From Nemertoderma westbladi (lineage: Eukaryota > Animalia > Xenacoelomorpha), in NCBI GenBank assembly GCA_032718475.1, contig JAUCBJ010003412.1, forward strand, positions 1-54,774: a DNA stretch of 54,774 nt, given 5' to 3'. The notes below the pieces were generated by a model. That model did no database searches, was not told the origin of the DNA, and saw only the letters and a program-made list of their open reading frames with translations. Made by a program: the position numbers and the translations under genes. Every line of letters starts with the position of its first letter. The stretch's first letter is position 1. Positions 13,116 to 25,133 of the stretch are shown here, one piece after another.

Positions 13116-14340
13116 TCAAATTATGAAAACAAGCTTTAAGTGATTTGCCACAATTGAGTTTGTGCTTTTACATATATTACGCAACTTTTTTCCATTCGAG
13201 TTTACTGTGTGATCAACAACCCCGACGTATTTAGCAAGTGAGTTACCCACTGCTACCGATTCTAACTGTCCTATTCTGGCATTGAAGTCACCCAATGCAA
13301 TAACATTAGGGCTGATAGATCCTCGTAAAACATTGTGTAGATTTGAGAAAGCGACGGGATCGAAATATAAGGAGTCCGTGGGTGGGATATAACAGCCACC
13401 AATTACATAACCCGGCAGGGCCGCGAATTGCAACCAAATTTGTTCCACAAAATCACAATGAACTGACGATATATAACTAACAAGATCATATTTAACAAGC
13501 GCCAACACACCTCCACGATCGGCGTTTGCCGAAAGATTCTGAATAATCTTAAACCCGGGAACTGAAATTATGCGACTAGTCTTTACTTCCTGCACAAATA
13601 CTACATCAAAATTATGCAGAAATTTAAATGTTTTGGGATCGAGAAGCTTATCTTTGACACCACATAGATTCCAAGAGCAGATAGAAAGAGTATTAGTTCT
13701 AGACAACAAACACTTCCAGGCGGCGCACCCCTATTGGGGTGAGTTAAACTGGTCGATAACCACGTCATTGCGAAGTACCACGCGTCGTTTGTAATCGTAC
13801 CGTATCGTTACTCCCTGGTTCTCAGGGCGTTCTCGTTGCTCGCGAACAACTTTGCGTAGTCTACCTTCCTCGCGTCTGACAGCCAGGTGGACATCTATGT
13901 TGATGTATACCTTTTTGAAATTATCAACTCCGTTCAGCCGTCTTGCCTCTTTTAAAGCAGTAAACTTCAACGATTTATTCGAAAACCTGATTAGAATCGG
14001 GCGCGACCTTGGTTGGCCGTTCCCATTACTCCATCCAGCTCCAGATTGCTTTCCTATCCGTTGCAGGTTCTCAGACCGGATGTCCATCGCGCAGTCCGAG
14101 CACCCAATCGCTTTAAACATTTCTCGAACTTGCTCTAAATCAGATGGGCCTGCAGCTGGTGTGTTCCCATCTACAGACATGGCAGATGAAGCCGGACAGT
14201 CAGGAATACCAGAAACTATAATGTTATTTTGACGTTCTGTCGTGTCCATTCGGTCTATAAACGCTTGTGGATTATTGATAATAATACAAGCTGACTTGAG
14301 ATCGCTCTGCAGAATTGCAATGGATGATTTCAGATTTGTT
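13116..14340 (-). mobile_element. CR1/L2-like LINE 5' portion: ORF1 (13731-14249) and APE endonuclease start of ORF2 (13116-13709); 3' truncated
   Basis: ORF1 has RQNNIIVSGIP, RPILIRF and KVYINID. ORF2 has SWNLCG, FVQEVK, GGVLALVK, YIPP and LGDFNARIG. Confidence 0.88.
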
Positions 14341-15468
14341 TTCTATACCAACATACTTAAATAAGTGTCTGTCAGCTATTAGATCCTATATAAATATAAT
14401 TTACTTACATAACAAAATTTTTCTGTGAAAAACTGCCGACTGAATTCGCGAGAGAGAAACGGGTGGGGCGATAATGCATTCCCTTCATTATCATTCAGAG
14501 CCGGAATATTTATGTAAACATCTAGAAACCATGCAGGCATGGAATATCTGAACTGTGGACAACAGGTTATCCCATATATTCCGCAACAAATATCACCGCC
14601 ACATACTTGCCTTATATTTACTTGAAAATTTTAAATAAATAATTTTATAAATTTTAATAAATTTTATACATTACATGTACCAGTATTTCTAAGTTAACTA
14701 ACCGTTACTGAAAGCAAAGTTACATCAAAATCTATATTGTTTTCATCAAAACCTATTTAATGTCCTCAGTAATTTAATTTACTGATTAATGTACTCTGTC
14801 AATAGGAAAAGTTACATTTGAAAAATCAAACATGTCTAGGAAAGGATTATAAGTTGATATTCTGTTGATATTATTTTTTGTTATATCAATCTTAGTATAA
14901 TTTGCTGCGGCCAATACTGCATATTTATAGCAATCTCCCAGCAGTCTATGCTTATGGTACATTGTTTATTTAATAATATTATAATAATTACTAATGTTCT
15001 GATCAGAACCGGAAAGTACCAATTCCTGGAGTGTGATTTGGTATCTTCTCAATGGCGCTGCAGGAGCCGGTGCTGGGTCCTGCAAACTTCCCAAAGTAAG
15101 TTGATCAACTGGATTACTAAAGCAAGCAATATTAAATCTCGTTAATCTACAGTTTAAAAATAATCATACAATATAATGAACAAGGACTCTCAATATTCTA
15201 AAAATAAGTAGAAATATTAATGATTTAGTAACAAGCTTGCACACCATTGTAACACCCACTCAGCTAGGAGCATTATCAAATGATATACCACAGCGATTCT
15301 ATTCTGGAAGTCGACCTCTAAATTTTTCCGAAAATTCAACAGTTTCCGCAATCAAAGCACCAGTGTGCCCGCTGATTTGCAGAAATTTTAAAAATCATTC
15401 AACAGGTTTGCACGATAGAGCTTCAACATAACGAATTACAACAGATTGGTTTTACTAGTGTTTATGTT

Positions 15469-15662
15469 ATATTTTTGTAACTCTATCTTAAAATATGGAA
15501 GTGGAATTTAATTCTTTAACTGAATACAATGCATTAGCAGATCTGATAATAATAATGAAAATGTGACATTTTGCTGATTTTCTAATTTTCTTGAGTTTCT
15601 AATTTTAGCTCACAAAATTTCATAGAGGACATTCAATCAGCCAATTCCTGGACAGTGGAGAT
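15469..15662. repeat. Dispersed ~190-bp repeat, copy 1 (copy 2 at ~17390-17598)
   Basis: ATATTTTTGTAACTCTATCTTAAAATATGGAAGTGG...GGACAGTGGAGAT is near-identical at both sites. Confidence 0.85.
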
Positions 15663-17389
15663 GTTCGCGTTATTTCGAATTACAATAACGCGAGCTACAT
15701 ATTTTTGGGATTTATATTTTATGAATGTGCCAATATCGGTGGGGGGCACGGGAACAAAAAATTTGGGCATGTTTTATAAACTGGGGGCGATTAACGGGCG
15801 AAACTTGGGGGGACTTACAGGACGCGAAATTTGAAATTGAATACGAAATTGAATAAAGGGTAACAAGGTGTCTAACAAGGCTTTAATAATTAAAATACAA
15901 CCGGTGAACTACTCGATGATATCGTAGAGGCCCGCAGAGGAAGTCAATGGCTCCCAGTATGGAGGCAACGTTCCCGATTAATATCGCAATTACGATCCGC
16001 TGAAGGAGGAAGCGGTGAGATCTATCTATATACAGTAGGTGAGGCCTATATAGATATATAATACTGTATATATTACCAGCAGTGTTTCTCATCAACTGTA
16101 CAACATCCGTTGCTATACTGTACAGTATATGACTATCCTGTTGCTAGGTTGAATATTTTTTGATATCACAATCTATTTATATAAATAATGCTTCATTAAT
16201 AATAATAATTATTTAATTATTATGGTAGGAGTCGCCGATGACGAAGTCTTGAAAGGAGCAATGGACGAAGTTGAAGGTAGTGTCGGAAGTATGTCGTATG
16301 TCTGGGATTAAGGGAAGTCTCTTTAATTAAAGAGATCTATCTGAAGGAAGGCCGATGGGAAATTGCATGTTATATACTGTACAATGAACATAATTGTTAA
16401 CAGTATTATGTTTGTTGTGATTCTATTAACATAGGCCTACTACATTATTTTATTCAATTATTTAATCGAATAAAAAATAAAATTCAAAATTCTAGAATAA
16501 ATCAATGTTTCTTGATTATCGCTCTCCGTTAGGTCATTTGATGCGATGCACCCTCCTTCCCCCATTTTTATATTTCAAGCTACAGTAGTAAGCTATTTCT
16601 TACAGCATAGCATGTTCAGCATTTTTTTTACAAAAAATCGCATGCGAATGCATTTTATGTTTTGGGACAATGCAGTTAGTTATTTAATATATAAAAACTT
16701 ATTTACAAACTATGGCGATAATAAACTATGAGCTGCCCCAAACTGTTATGAGCTGTCATGTTCAAACATGAAATTTTTATTTATTACATACTAATAATAT
16801 TTATATTAGTACGAAAAACTCTCAGTGGTACTGGTCGATCAGAGAGAGAACACACACTCCATGTTACACATTAGGTTGGTAATGGGGACATAAACGGTTG
16901 TTCAGGAATGCGTTGCTAAGCAATAAGGGGACGCCATTGATTGGTTTGTAATCACACACACCACGCTACACTAGGGTGGAAATGAGGACATGTTCGGGAA
17001 TAGGTTTCTAAGCAACAACGAACTCTTCGATTGGTTTTTTAAGATGGGCAATGGGGCGGGCAATCTTTATAAAAAGGTGTGGTGAAATTTAAAATATATA
17101 TATTATAATAAAATAAATATATAATATAACGATTGCGATATGCAAATGCACAAATTATTACAATAATGTAGCAGCATAAGTAAGTAAGGTGGAGTTAGTG
17201 CAACGTATATTAAATTTTATATTTACTTAGACCCCCAAAACTCCCACTTCAATCGCTGCACTCATTATTTCGGTTTCTGCCTGTGTCTGAGCTCGACAAC
17301 AATGCAGTTTGTGACTTTGTGACTGCAGACACATGAGAGCCGACTGAACAAGGGCGAAATTTAACTTATGAGTGACACAGTTAATGAAT

Positions 17390-17598
17390 ATATTTTTGTA
17401 ACTCTATCTTAAAATATGGAAGTGGAATTTAATTATTTAACTGAATACAATGCATTAGCAGATCTTGGTATCGATAATACTGATAATAATGAAAATGTGA
17501 CATCATTTGCTGAGCTTCTAATTTTCTTGAGTTTCTAATTTTAACTCACAAAATTTCATAGAGGACATTCAATCAGCCAATTCCCGGACAGTGGAGAT
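17390..17598. repeat. Dispersed ~190-bp repeat, copy 2
   Basis: Matches 15469-15662 with small indels. Confidence 0.85.
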
Positions 17599-18723
17599 TC
17601 AACTCAAACAATATTCCAGATAAAGAAAAATTTGACCTATTTTATAAGGACTTGGAAAATATTTGCAGTAAACACATACCAAAAAAATTGTCCTCCACGA
17701 AAGATGCCAAAGAAACCCTGGTGCTAAATGCTCTAATAAATAGTACCCTAACTAAAAATAGACTATATCGTCAATACTTAAAATATCCCACTGAAAAAAA
17801 ATTAATTTTAAATTAATTGAATTCAAATTGATTGACTTCAACGTTGCGAGCAGTGGAAAAGCAATACTACTCCACCACCCAGTTTGAAAAATATTCTAAA
17901 AATTTTCGTAAAACGTGGTTGTAAATCAATACAGCATTAAACAAATCTAGAAAAAGAATCATTCCAAAACAAATTACAACCCACGCCGAACATTGTATTA
18001 TATTTTATATTTTTTCTATTTCTATTTTTATATCATAACAATTTTTCACACACAATGCATGCAATAATAATAATTAAGATAACTAAATATTTTTAAGTAG
18101 TTAAGCATTATGCTTGAATGGTGGCTGACACAGGAGAAGTACTAAGAAAAGTAATAGTTGATTACACAATAAAACAACACAAAGAATCAGTTTTTTTAAT
18201 TAGGGTTGAGAATGTAACTTTTTAACCTACTTCTAAAACTTCCTATACTAATTGACCGTTGCACTGTAAGGGGTAAACTGTTCCATATTATTGGCGAGAC
18301 GAAGTAAAAATAGGTTGTTCTCTAACTTTAGTAGAATTATGAAACCGAAAGAAATTTTGGGATTGGGCGTTTATGGTTTGATGATGAAGTATAGATAAAC
18401 CGGTTATCAGTGAAATTTGAAATATAAAGATATTCGCGGTAATGGTGCAAATGATGGGTAACGTCGATTAATAATATTTTGGACTTTTTGTTGCTTCTTA
18501 TGCAAACTTGTAATTGAAATGCGGGATGAATCGGAGGTGCAGGTTTTCTTTCGTTTTGTTTTCCTTCGCCGAGGGTGAGGCAATGGATTAGTTGGTGGGT
18601 GATCAGATATGTCCACAGATGAATTTCCCTATACCGAGGTACAATAAAACAGATGGTGGTGGATTTGTGCAAAGTACAAATGTGACAATGCTTCCCTAGA
18701 TGCAAAAGATTTGATTCTAAATA

Positions 18724-19640
18724 ACTACTACTACTACTAGGATCGGTATGCTGCATTGCAGCTGCATTTTTAAGAATGCTGTGCCAGCTTGTCAACAAAA
18801 TTGCGCCACCACAAATCCCTATCACCCATGACAATAGCTAGATCATCCGCATCTTCAAGGCCAGTGTTCTTTAAGATGCGTCTCAAGAAAGTCATGGGCT
18901 GTCCACCATGCTTATTCACTCAATGAGGCTGCCAAAGCACAAGATTATGCACTGGCTGGTCCTCACAGCGAAAGCAATTTCCTGCAAAGTGGAGGCTACT
19001 TTGTTCTAGTGTCAAGCTTGGGGGAACCAATGAGACACCTCCAATGTTATATAGTGTATGGTTGGAGATATGTGCATTATTTTTATTATATTATATATAT
19101 ATTATATATTATATTATATATTATATTGACACAATGAACCCAGCGTAGCATTCTTGTGAATGTGCCATCCAGAGATTTGGAGTCCTCAGCAGTTAGAGCC
19201 CTGCATGGACTCCCATAGAGGAGTACTGGAACTACTGCTGCTCTAAATAATCATACATTAAGTTTCCAATGAATTCTATGTGACTTCCAAATCCTGGAAA
19301 GCCTATTCAAGGCTGCCCATGCCTTTCCCTTACATATTCGAAGATTCTCACCAGACTTTCGGATCCAAGATCCCAGATAACAGAAGTCGTCCACATGCTC
19401 AAGCATACCAACCTTTGAGCTTATGCTCATCTGGTCAAAAACTTGCTGAGGACTTTCAAAATTTACTGTCAAAATTTTGGTCTTTTTGGAGTTAATAAAA
19501 AGTCCAACACTAGAAGCAGCCTGTTATAATGAGCTGATTCTGAGAGTACTCCTGAGTCATCAGCAAAGTCTAGATCATTTAGGTACTTGGCAGCATTTCC
19601 TCGACTTCTGGAGCCAGTAGGTGGAGTTACCATCACCCCA
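18724..19640 (-). mobile_element. RTE-like LINE 3' fragment, family B copy 2 (longest, includes the RT motif)
   Basis: Reverse complement matches 11822-12374. Extends to FCYLGSWI and DLDFADD (~19555-19577). (TAG)n tail at 18724-18740; a (TATAT)n expansion at ~19083-19127. Confidence 0.9.
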
Positions 19641-20639
19641 TCATGGGTTGAGGTTGAGGGGGGGGGGGGGGGGGGGGGGGGTTGAGTTTGGATAATGTTT
19701 ATTCATCTCTGATATATATGTTTTATTCATTAGACTTTCTTTCCTATTTATGCAATCAATAATTATTTCATTAGTGCTAGCACACATTAACTGTAAACGC
19801 ATTACATATAGCTTATATCCACTGTAGGCCATCAAAAAGGTGCTGGGCCATCAACCGTGAACCGATGCTTCTTCAGTAATGTATAATGTATTATAGTCCA
19901 TTAAGAACACTAATGGTTCTACAAAGGCATATAATATATTATTCAACATATTTTGTTACTTATCTGCATTCAAAGAAATCACCCGCTGCAGTAAATTAAT
20001 GGGATAAATCACCTTATATATTGCAGGGCCTCCTGATTCTGTTTATAAGGCCATACAAGTTCTTCACTAAGCCAAAGGAAATATAATTTAATTTTAATAA
20101 AATTTTAATAAAATTTATTCAAATTCATATTCTGGATTCAAACTTTCATACAACCATGCATGGAGGCCTACAGTAGAGTATATTATAGGTATGACTGTGT
20201 TGAGCTAAGTCGTCGTCATTTCTCTTACATTAATGTGTCCAAACAGTCTTGTACAACACAAGGATCGAACCTGAGCAGAGCTAAGCTGTGACACTTACAC
20301 CACTGGGACCAAACAATTCTGTCCTGACCAGTGATTGAATCTGGAGCCTCTTTTTTGGACCCCATAGTGTCCCCTCTACTCCTTGTGGCTATTAATTTAA
20401 GGCTCCACTAAACGTAAGTACTTAGAGACCAGTTAGTAGTCATAGTAATCTAATAAATTATACTTTTATTTAATGTAATTATAATTTAATTATTTTATGT
20501 TTATTATTAATTTATTTTATGTGATTTGATTATACTTTTCTACAACAATTAAATATAATGAATTCCATTCAACGATAATGAGATAAATTCATTTATTTAG
20601 TCTTTGAATAATACTTTCTTCAACAACCCATTGGACATA

Positions 20640-21884
20640 ATGACAACGCAATCACTGCTAGTGTGCATTGGTTTTGTTACATGTTTGACGTCAGCTGGTG
20701 AGATGACTGATACAACCAACATGGGTCTACAACCTCATAATATCGCCAATATTCCCCGTAGTGCATACCACGATCGTTACAAAAAGATACTAAAAGACAT
20801 CAATTATGACCTATACTTGAACGAAGGAGAACAATTCGACGAATTTAATGAAGTATTTGAAAGAATTCTCACGCCATATATTTGTACCTTCGTCGCAGTT
20901 GGTGTAATCGGACATGCCATTACCATAGCAACAGTTCTACTTGAGAAGTCGTTTAACACGTTGTTTTACAAAATGTTAATTGTTGATGCCATTCTGGAGA
21001 CATTATGTTGTATTGGGAGGTTACTGCTACGTGGGGAAACTCTCTCATGGTGGGTGAAAACTACCCCAGATTATGAAATAATCGATGGAGTGTCTTATCT
21101 AGTTTACAAATCTTCTAATGTGTTGTACTGGATATTTCAATTGTGTTGGCCTTTGCTCGTTTGGGTATTTCCCTTTGTTGCACAACTGTTATCTTTAATT
21201 ATGGGTCTAGAACGGATTGCTGCCTTGTATTTTCCATTATGGTATAAAAATACCAAAGCGAAAAATCCCAAAATGATTTATATAGTTTTAATCATTGTGG
21301 TTGTTTACTGCGCTGCTCTCTGTTGGCAAGAAATGATTGCTTTTAAAGGTGAAATTCATATGGTTGATGGTGTTTCTGAATATTGGGCAATTGATAATTA
21401 TTGGTTAAACAATAATGAGCACATAAACACAGCTCATCATATTATGGGATATATTTTACCATTTATTTTACTCACCCAACTTATAGCTGTACTTATTATA
21501 GATGTTCTAATGATAACAAAGTTTTACAATGTGGCAAGGTTAAGCCCTCAATCACCGTCACTGTTAAAGATGTGCAATGCAATAAAACTTCTTATGATAA
21601 CTGGTACTTTATCTCTTATTCACATAGTTTCTTTTATAGTATTTGTTATAGAAGCTTTTAACTTGTACCATTTGCACAGTAATTTAACAACAATGTCCAG
21701 CACAGCAGACATTACTTACTTCATAAAGTATGAGCGGTTCTTGAACAGAACATCCTATGTTCAAGACATGGTGTTTATTGTTTATTCTCTTAACTTTTAT
21801 CTTATGTACGCTATAGTTGTAAGCTTCCGAGAAGCTGTGAATACTAATATATTTAGGTGTAAACCTATCAAGATAGAGAAATAG
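20640..21884 (+). CDS. Intronless class A (rhodopsin-like) 7TM GPCR, divergent peptide/chemoreceptor type
   Basis: Uninterrupted ORF (first ATG 20640) with a signal-like N-terminus and ~7 hydrophobic helices. LERIAALYFPLWYK is the DRY equivalent; SLNFYLMYAIVVSFREAV is the TM7/helix 8 equivalent. AATAAA at ~22034. Confidence 0.85.
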   Translation: MTTQSLLVCIGFVTCLTSAGEMTDTTNMGLQPHNIANIPRSAYHDRYKKILKDINYDLYLNEGEQFDEFNEVFERILTPYICTFVAVGVIGHAITIATVLLEKSFNTLFYKMLIVDAILETLCCIGRLLLRGETLSWWVKTTPDYEIIDGVSYLVYKSSNVLYWIFQLCWPLLVWVFPFVAQLLSLIMGLERIAALYFPLWYKNTKAKNPKMIYIVLIIVVVYCAALCWQEMIAFKGEIHMVDGVSEYWAIDNYWLNNNEHINTAHHIMGYILPFILLTQLIAVLIIDVLMITKFYNVARLSPQSPSLLKMCNAIKLLMITGTLSLIHIVSFIVFVIEAFNLYHLHSNLTTMSSTADITYFIKYERFLNRTSYVQDMVFIVYSLNFYLMYAIVVSFREAVNTNIFRCKPIKIEK

Positions 21885-24009
21885 AAATGTATCTAATTCA
21901 TGGTGGTAGTTGAGTGCAAATATAATACCAGCATAGTAGTAGGCTTTATTTATTTCTTGTCCAGGTGTTCCCTATGTACCAAGCCAACGTAATTGTGTGA
22001 GGTCAATAACTAAGCTTGAGGGGTGAAATGATAAATAAAATATTTTATTCAACAATTGAAACATTATTTTCCTTTGTCAGTTTCTACATCATGATATATA
22101 AAAACTTCAGTGAGTGATCTAAATAATCGCCAGAGAGTTGACATTTTATATAGACCCCCCAGATATTTTTAAAGTTCTCATTGATGACCTATTCACAGTA
22201 ACAGCATCATTTACCTTGTTGTCAGTTGTTATTTAACCTTGCTCCTTATTCAACTACAAAAGATACAACACTCCAAATGCAAAGTAAATTGTATTAAATA
22301 ATGATAACCAGAAGTTTGAAACCTAGGTACCGGGTTCGAGCCCCAATAGGGCTGGTTGATATTTTTCGCTTTGGAGAGCATTATATCATATTGTCTTATT
22401 TACATTTTACATTTAATACACCGCGTCACTCACCCCACAACAATTCACTTATTATTATTAAGTAAATTGTATGGTCTTTAGTTACCCATTCACACATTAC
22501 AAACATACGAAGGGTGGTGTGAGTAAATTTGCCAGGTTGACGTTATTCGGAAATTCTTCAACGATTTTTGTGCATGTCCTTCCTTAGCTTATAATATCTA
22601 CCTCACTGTCTTAGTCAATCTCAATCAGATCTGGTCCAGGGGCCCTGCTGTCGGTAAATCCAGTTGAGAGTTTGGTATGGTTACCAGAGGAGTGTCAATG
22701 GAATTACTAGATTTGTGGCTACGTTATATAATTATTATTATTATTAATTATTATCTTTGTTCCAGGCTTAATATAGCAGCCCATAAAAATTCCAGTAAAA
22801 TTATATATTGAGTGGCACAGTGACAAATAAAGTTAGCAATAAATAAAGATCGGTTATTAATAGGTTAAGTAGTTATGTTAGAAAAAGGGGCCCCGAGCAG
22901 GATAAAGAACAATAATATATAAAAATAGTACAATAAATAAATAATTATGTAACATAGAGTATAAGAGTTATCTCATGCGATGCAACAGGGACTCCAACGC
23001 ACTGTGGTGGATATGAACGAGTTTTGGAAGATTCAGAGCTCCACACAGGACACACTACTGTCATACTAAAATCCAAATGACTTTCTAATTATATTGTTTT
23101 AACATACCCGTAATCGACTATACATTGTAAGAGAATAATTTTGCCTTGCCCATAAAGAATTACAGTATATCTGGGTGCAGAAAGAACGGAACAGTTTTAT
23201 TTTAACAGTTTTCGAACAGAAACTAAACTTAAGAATGAGGAAGTTACCTCTCTTATATAAACTGGACAGCTGATTGAGTATGTCCTTATCATCCGTGGTC
23301 TGTGGTGAAATATGTGGCCTAAATATTTATACTTACTTACAGTTTAAAGGTTTACCGTTAATGCTGAACATACCTACCAAGCTTGATTTACATGTATTTT
23401 TATTAAAATACATGACTGGAGTTTGTGAAAATTCATTAGAATTTCATCATAATTTTTGAATTGTTGGAGAGCTGGTTAACCATGCTTATTGCGGCTCTAT
23501 ATGTTTGAATGTTTTTTAAAAATTGGTCAAACCGTACATAAACATATTACAAAAATGGATCTGAAGAAAATTAGTAAAAAAATTGTCGGATTGAAACTAA
23601 TTTGCACATTTCGTGGTGCTAAAAAATTTCATTCCATGCATATAACATGTAAATACACTTTTGTATTCAATACAACCACGCTGATTCCTAATCCGTTGTC
23701 TTATTTTTTTCACTGCAATTCAAGTTTTTCCGCAATTGCAAAATCAATTTTTTCGTATTTTACTACTTGCACTTTTTATGCTAAAGTGGTGCTTCTTAAA
23801 AAAAGTCAAAAAATTCCGAATTCTGACATAGAATTATACACAATCTTGTTATAAATGTGTTCAACGTTCAAAAAAACCCAAGATCACCAATATATACGGC
23901 ATTGGATATAAGTTAACTGAAACAAGTAGTTTATTTGAAAATTATATATTTGAAAAGTTCTAGTAGGGGATATTTTCATTTTCGAGCCATTTTGGTTAGT
24001 TACTATTAG

Positions 24010-24290
24010 ATTTTTAATGGCAGCCATGGTCCAATACTATTACCGATACTGGGGGCAGTGTCAGCCCTGGGCCACGAGGAGGTATTTTATTTTTTTTTAC
24101 TATTTGTTTTTTTAATGGCAGCCATGGGCCATCTGTTATCTGATTATGGGGTGATGGCAGCCCTGGGCCACGTGGGGTATTTTTTTTTTTTTACTGTTAG
24201 TTTTTTTTAATGGCAGCCATGGTCCAATACTATTACTGATTCTGGGGGCAGTGTCAGCCAGAGTTTTATAGTGGTAGCCATGGGCCACCA
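24010..24290. repeat. ~100-bp tandem repeat, ~3 copies
   Basis: TTTTAATGGCAGCCATGG(T/G)CCA...CAGCC recurs at ~24012, ~24110 and ~24205. Confidence 0.8.
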
Positions 24291-25008
24291 TACTCCTGGT
24301 ATTTGGTCCGCACTATGAGATTTTTAATTACCCGCGATATTAGATTTTTAAACACCAACCCCAAAACATTCCAAGCCACATTTTTTTGATTTGGCCCCCA
24401 AAGAAACCCTTTTCCCGGGGGAACTTCCCCCAGAACAAACACAATAATGCTGCTAAATGAATTAGAAATAAGTGATTGCCTATATATATATATATACTAC
24501 TGGTATTTGGTCCGGCCTAATGCTTTTCAATGTAAAATTTGTACTGGAAGCCTATAGGAGCGGACCAACTATCGGTAGTATAATATACATACTCCTGGTA
24601 TTTGGTCCAGTCTTAAGCAATCAGTTGGTTGAAAGTCATAATGATTGCACTGTAATGGACCAAATACTTTTCGTGTTTCAATACGGCTTCATTAATTGAT
24701 TTCATTCATCGGTGTGTTGAGGTAATCAGATGTGGTATTGGCAGATTGGAAGACCAAAGAGCTGGCCTTGAAGTACTGTAGGTACAGTTCATCTGGCACT
24801 AGCTAGTCATGTTCAGTACTACTAATTTTTAGCTGGATCAAATCATTAATTACGGTACAGTTCCTGAGAGTTAGAATATGTGGACGAGATTACTTACAGT
24901 AAGTGTACAAGCACGTAGTCTTTGCTGTAAGGTCAGAAGGTTTAATAACATTGCCACCCCTAGACCCCCCGAAAAAGTATTTGGTCCGCGGACCAAATAC
25001 CAGTATAT
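24290..25008. repeat. Cluster of 21-bp TIR-like motifs and a 24-bp perfect palindrome (MITE remnants)
   Basis: ATACT(C/A)CTGGTATTTGGTCC at 24290, 24494 and 24589. Palindrome GTATTTGGTCCGCGGACCAAATAC at 24977-25000. Confidence 0.65.
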
Positions 25009-25133
25009 GGCCGACTTTCTGACTTTGGAGATACCGCGATACCGGCACACCGGTTCTGCTTCTGCTAGGGCAGTACCGGTCTGACGGTCAGGCGGTGCTG
25101 TAGATGATACGTCGACACTATCTGTCTATCCAG

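Noticed and set aside
24290-24610. CRISPR-like spaced repeats
   Set aside because: Only three copies with irregular, long spacers, no cas genes, and a eukaryotic context.
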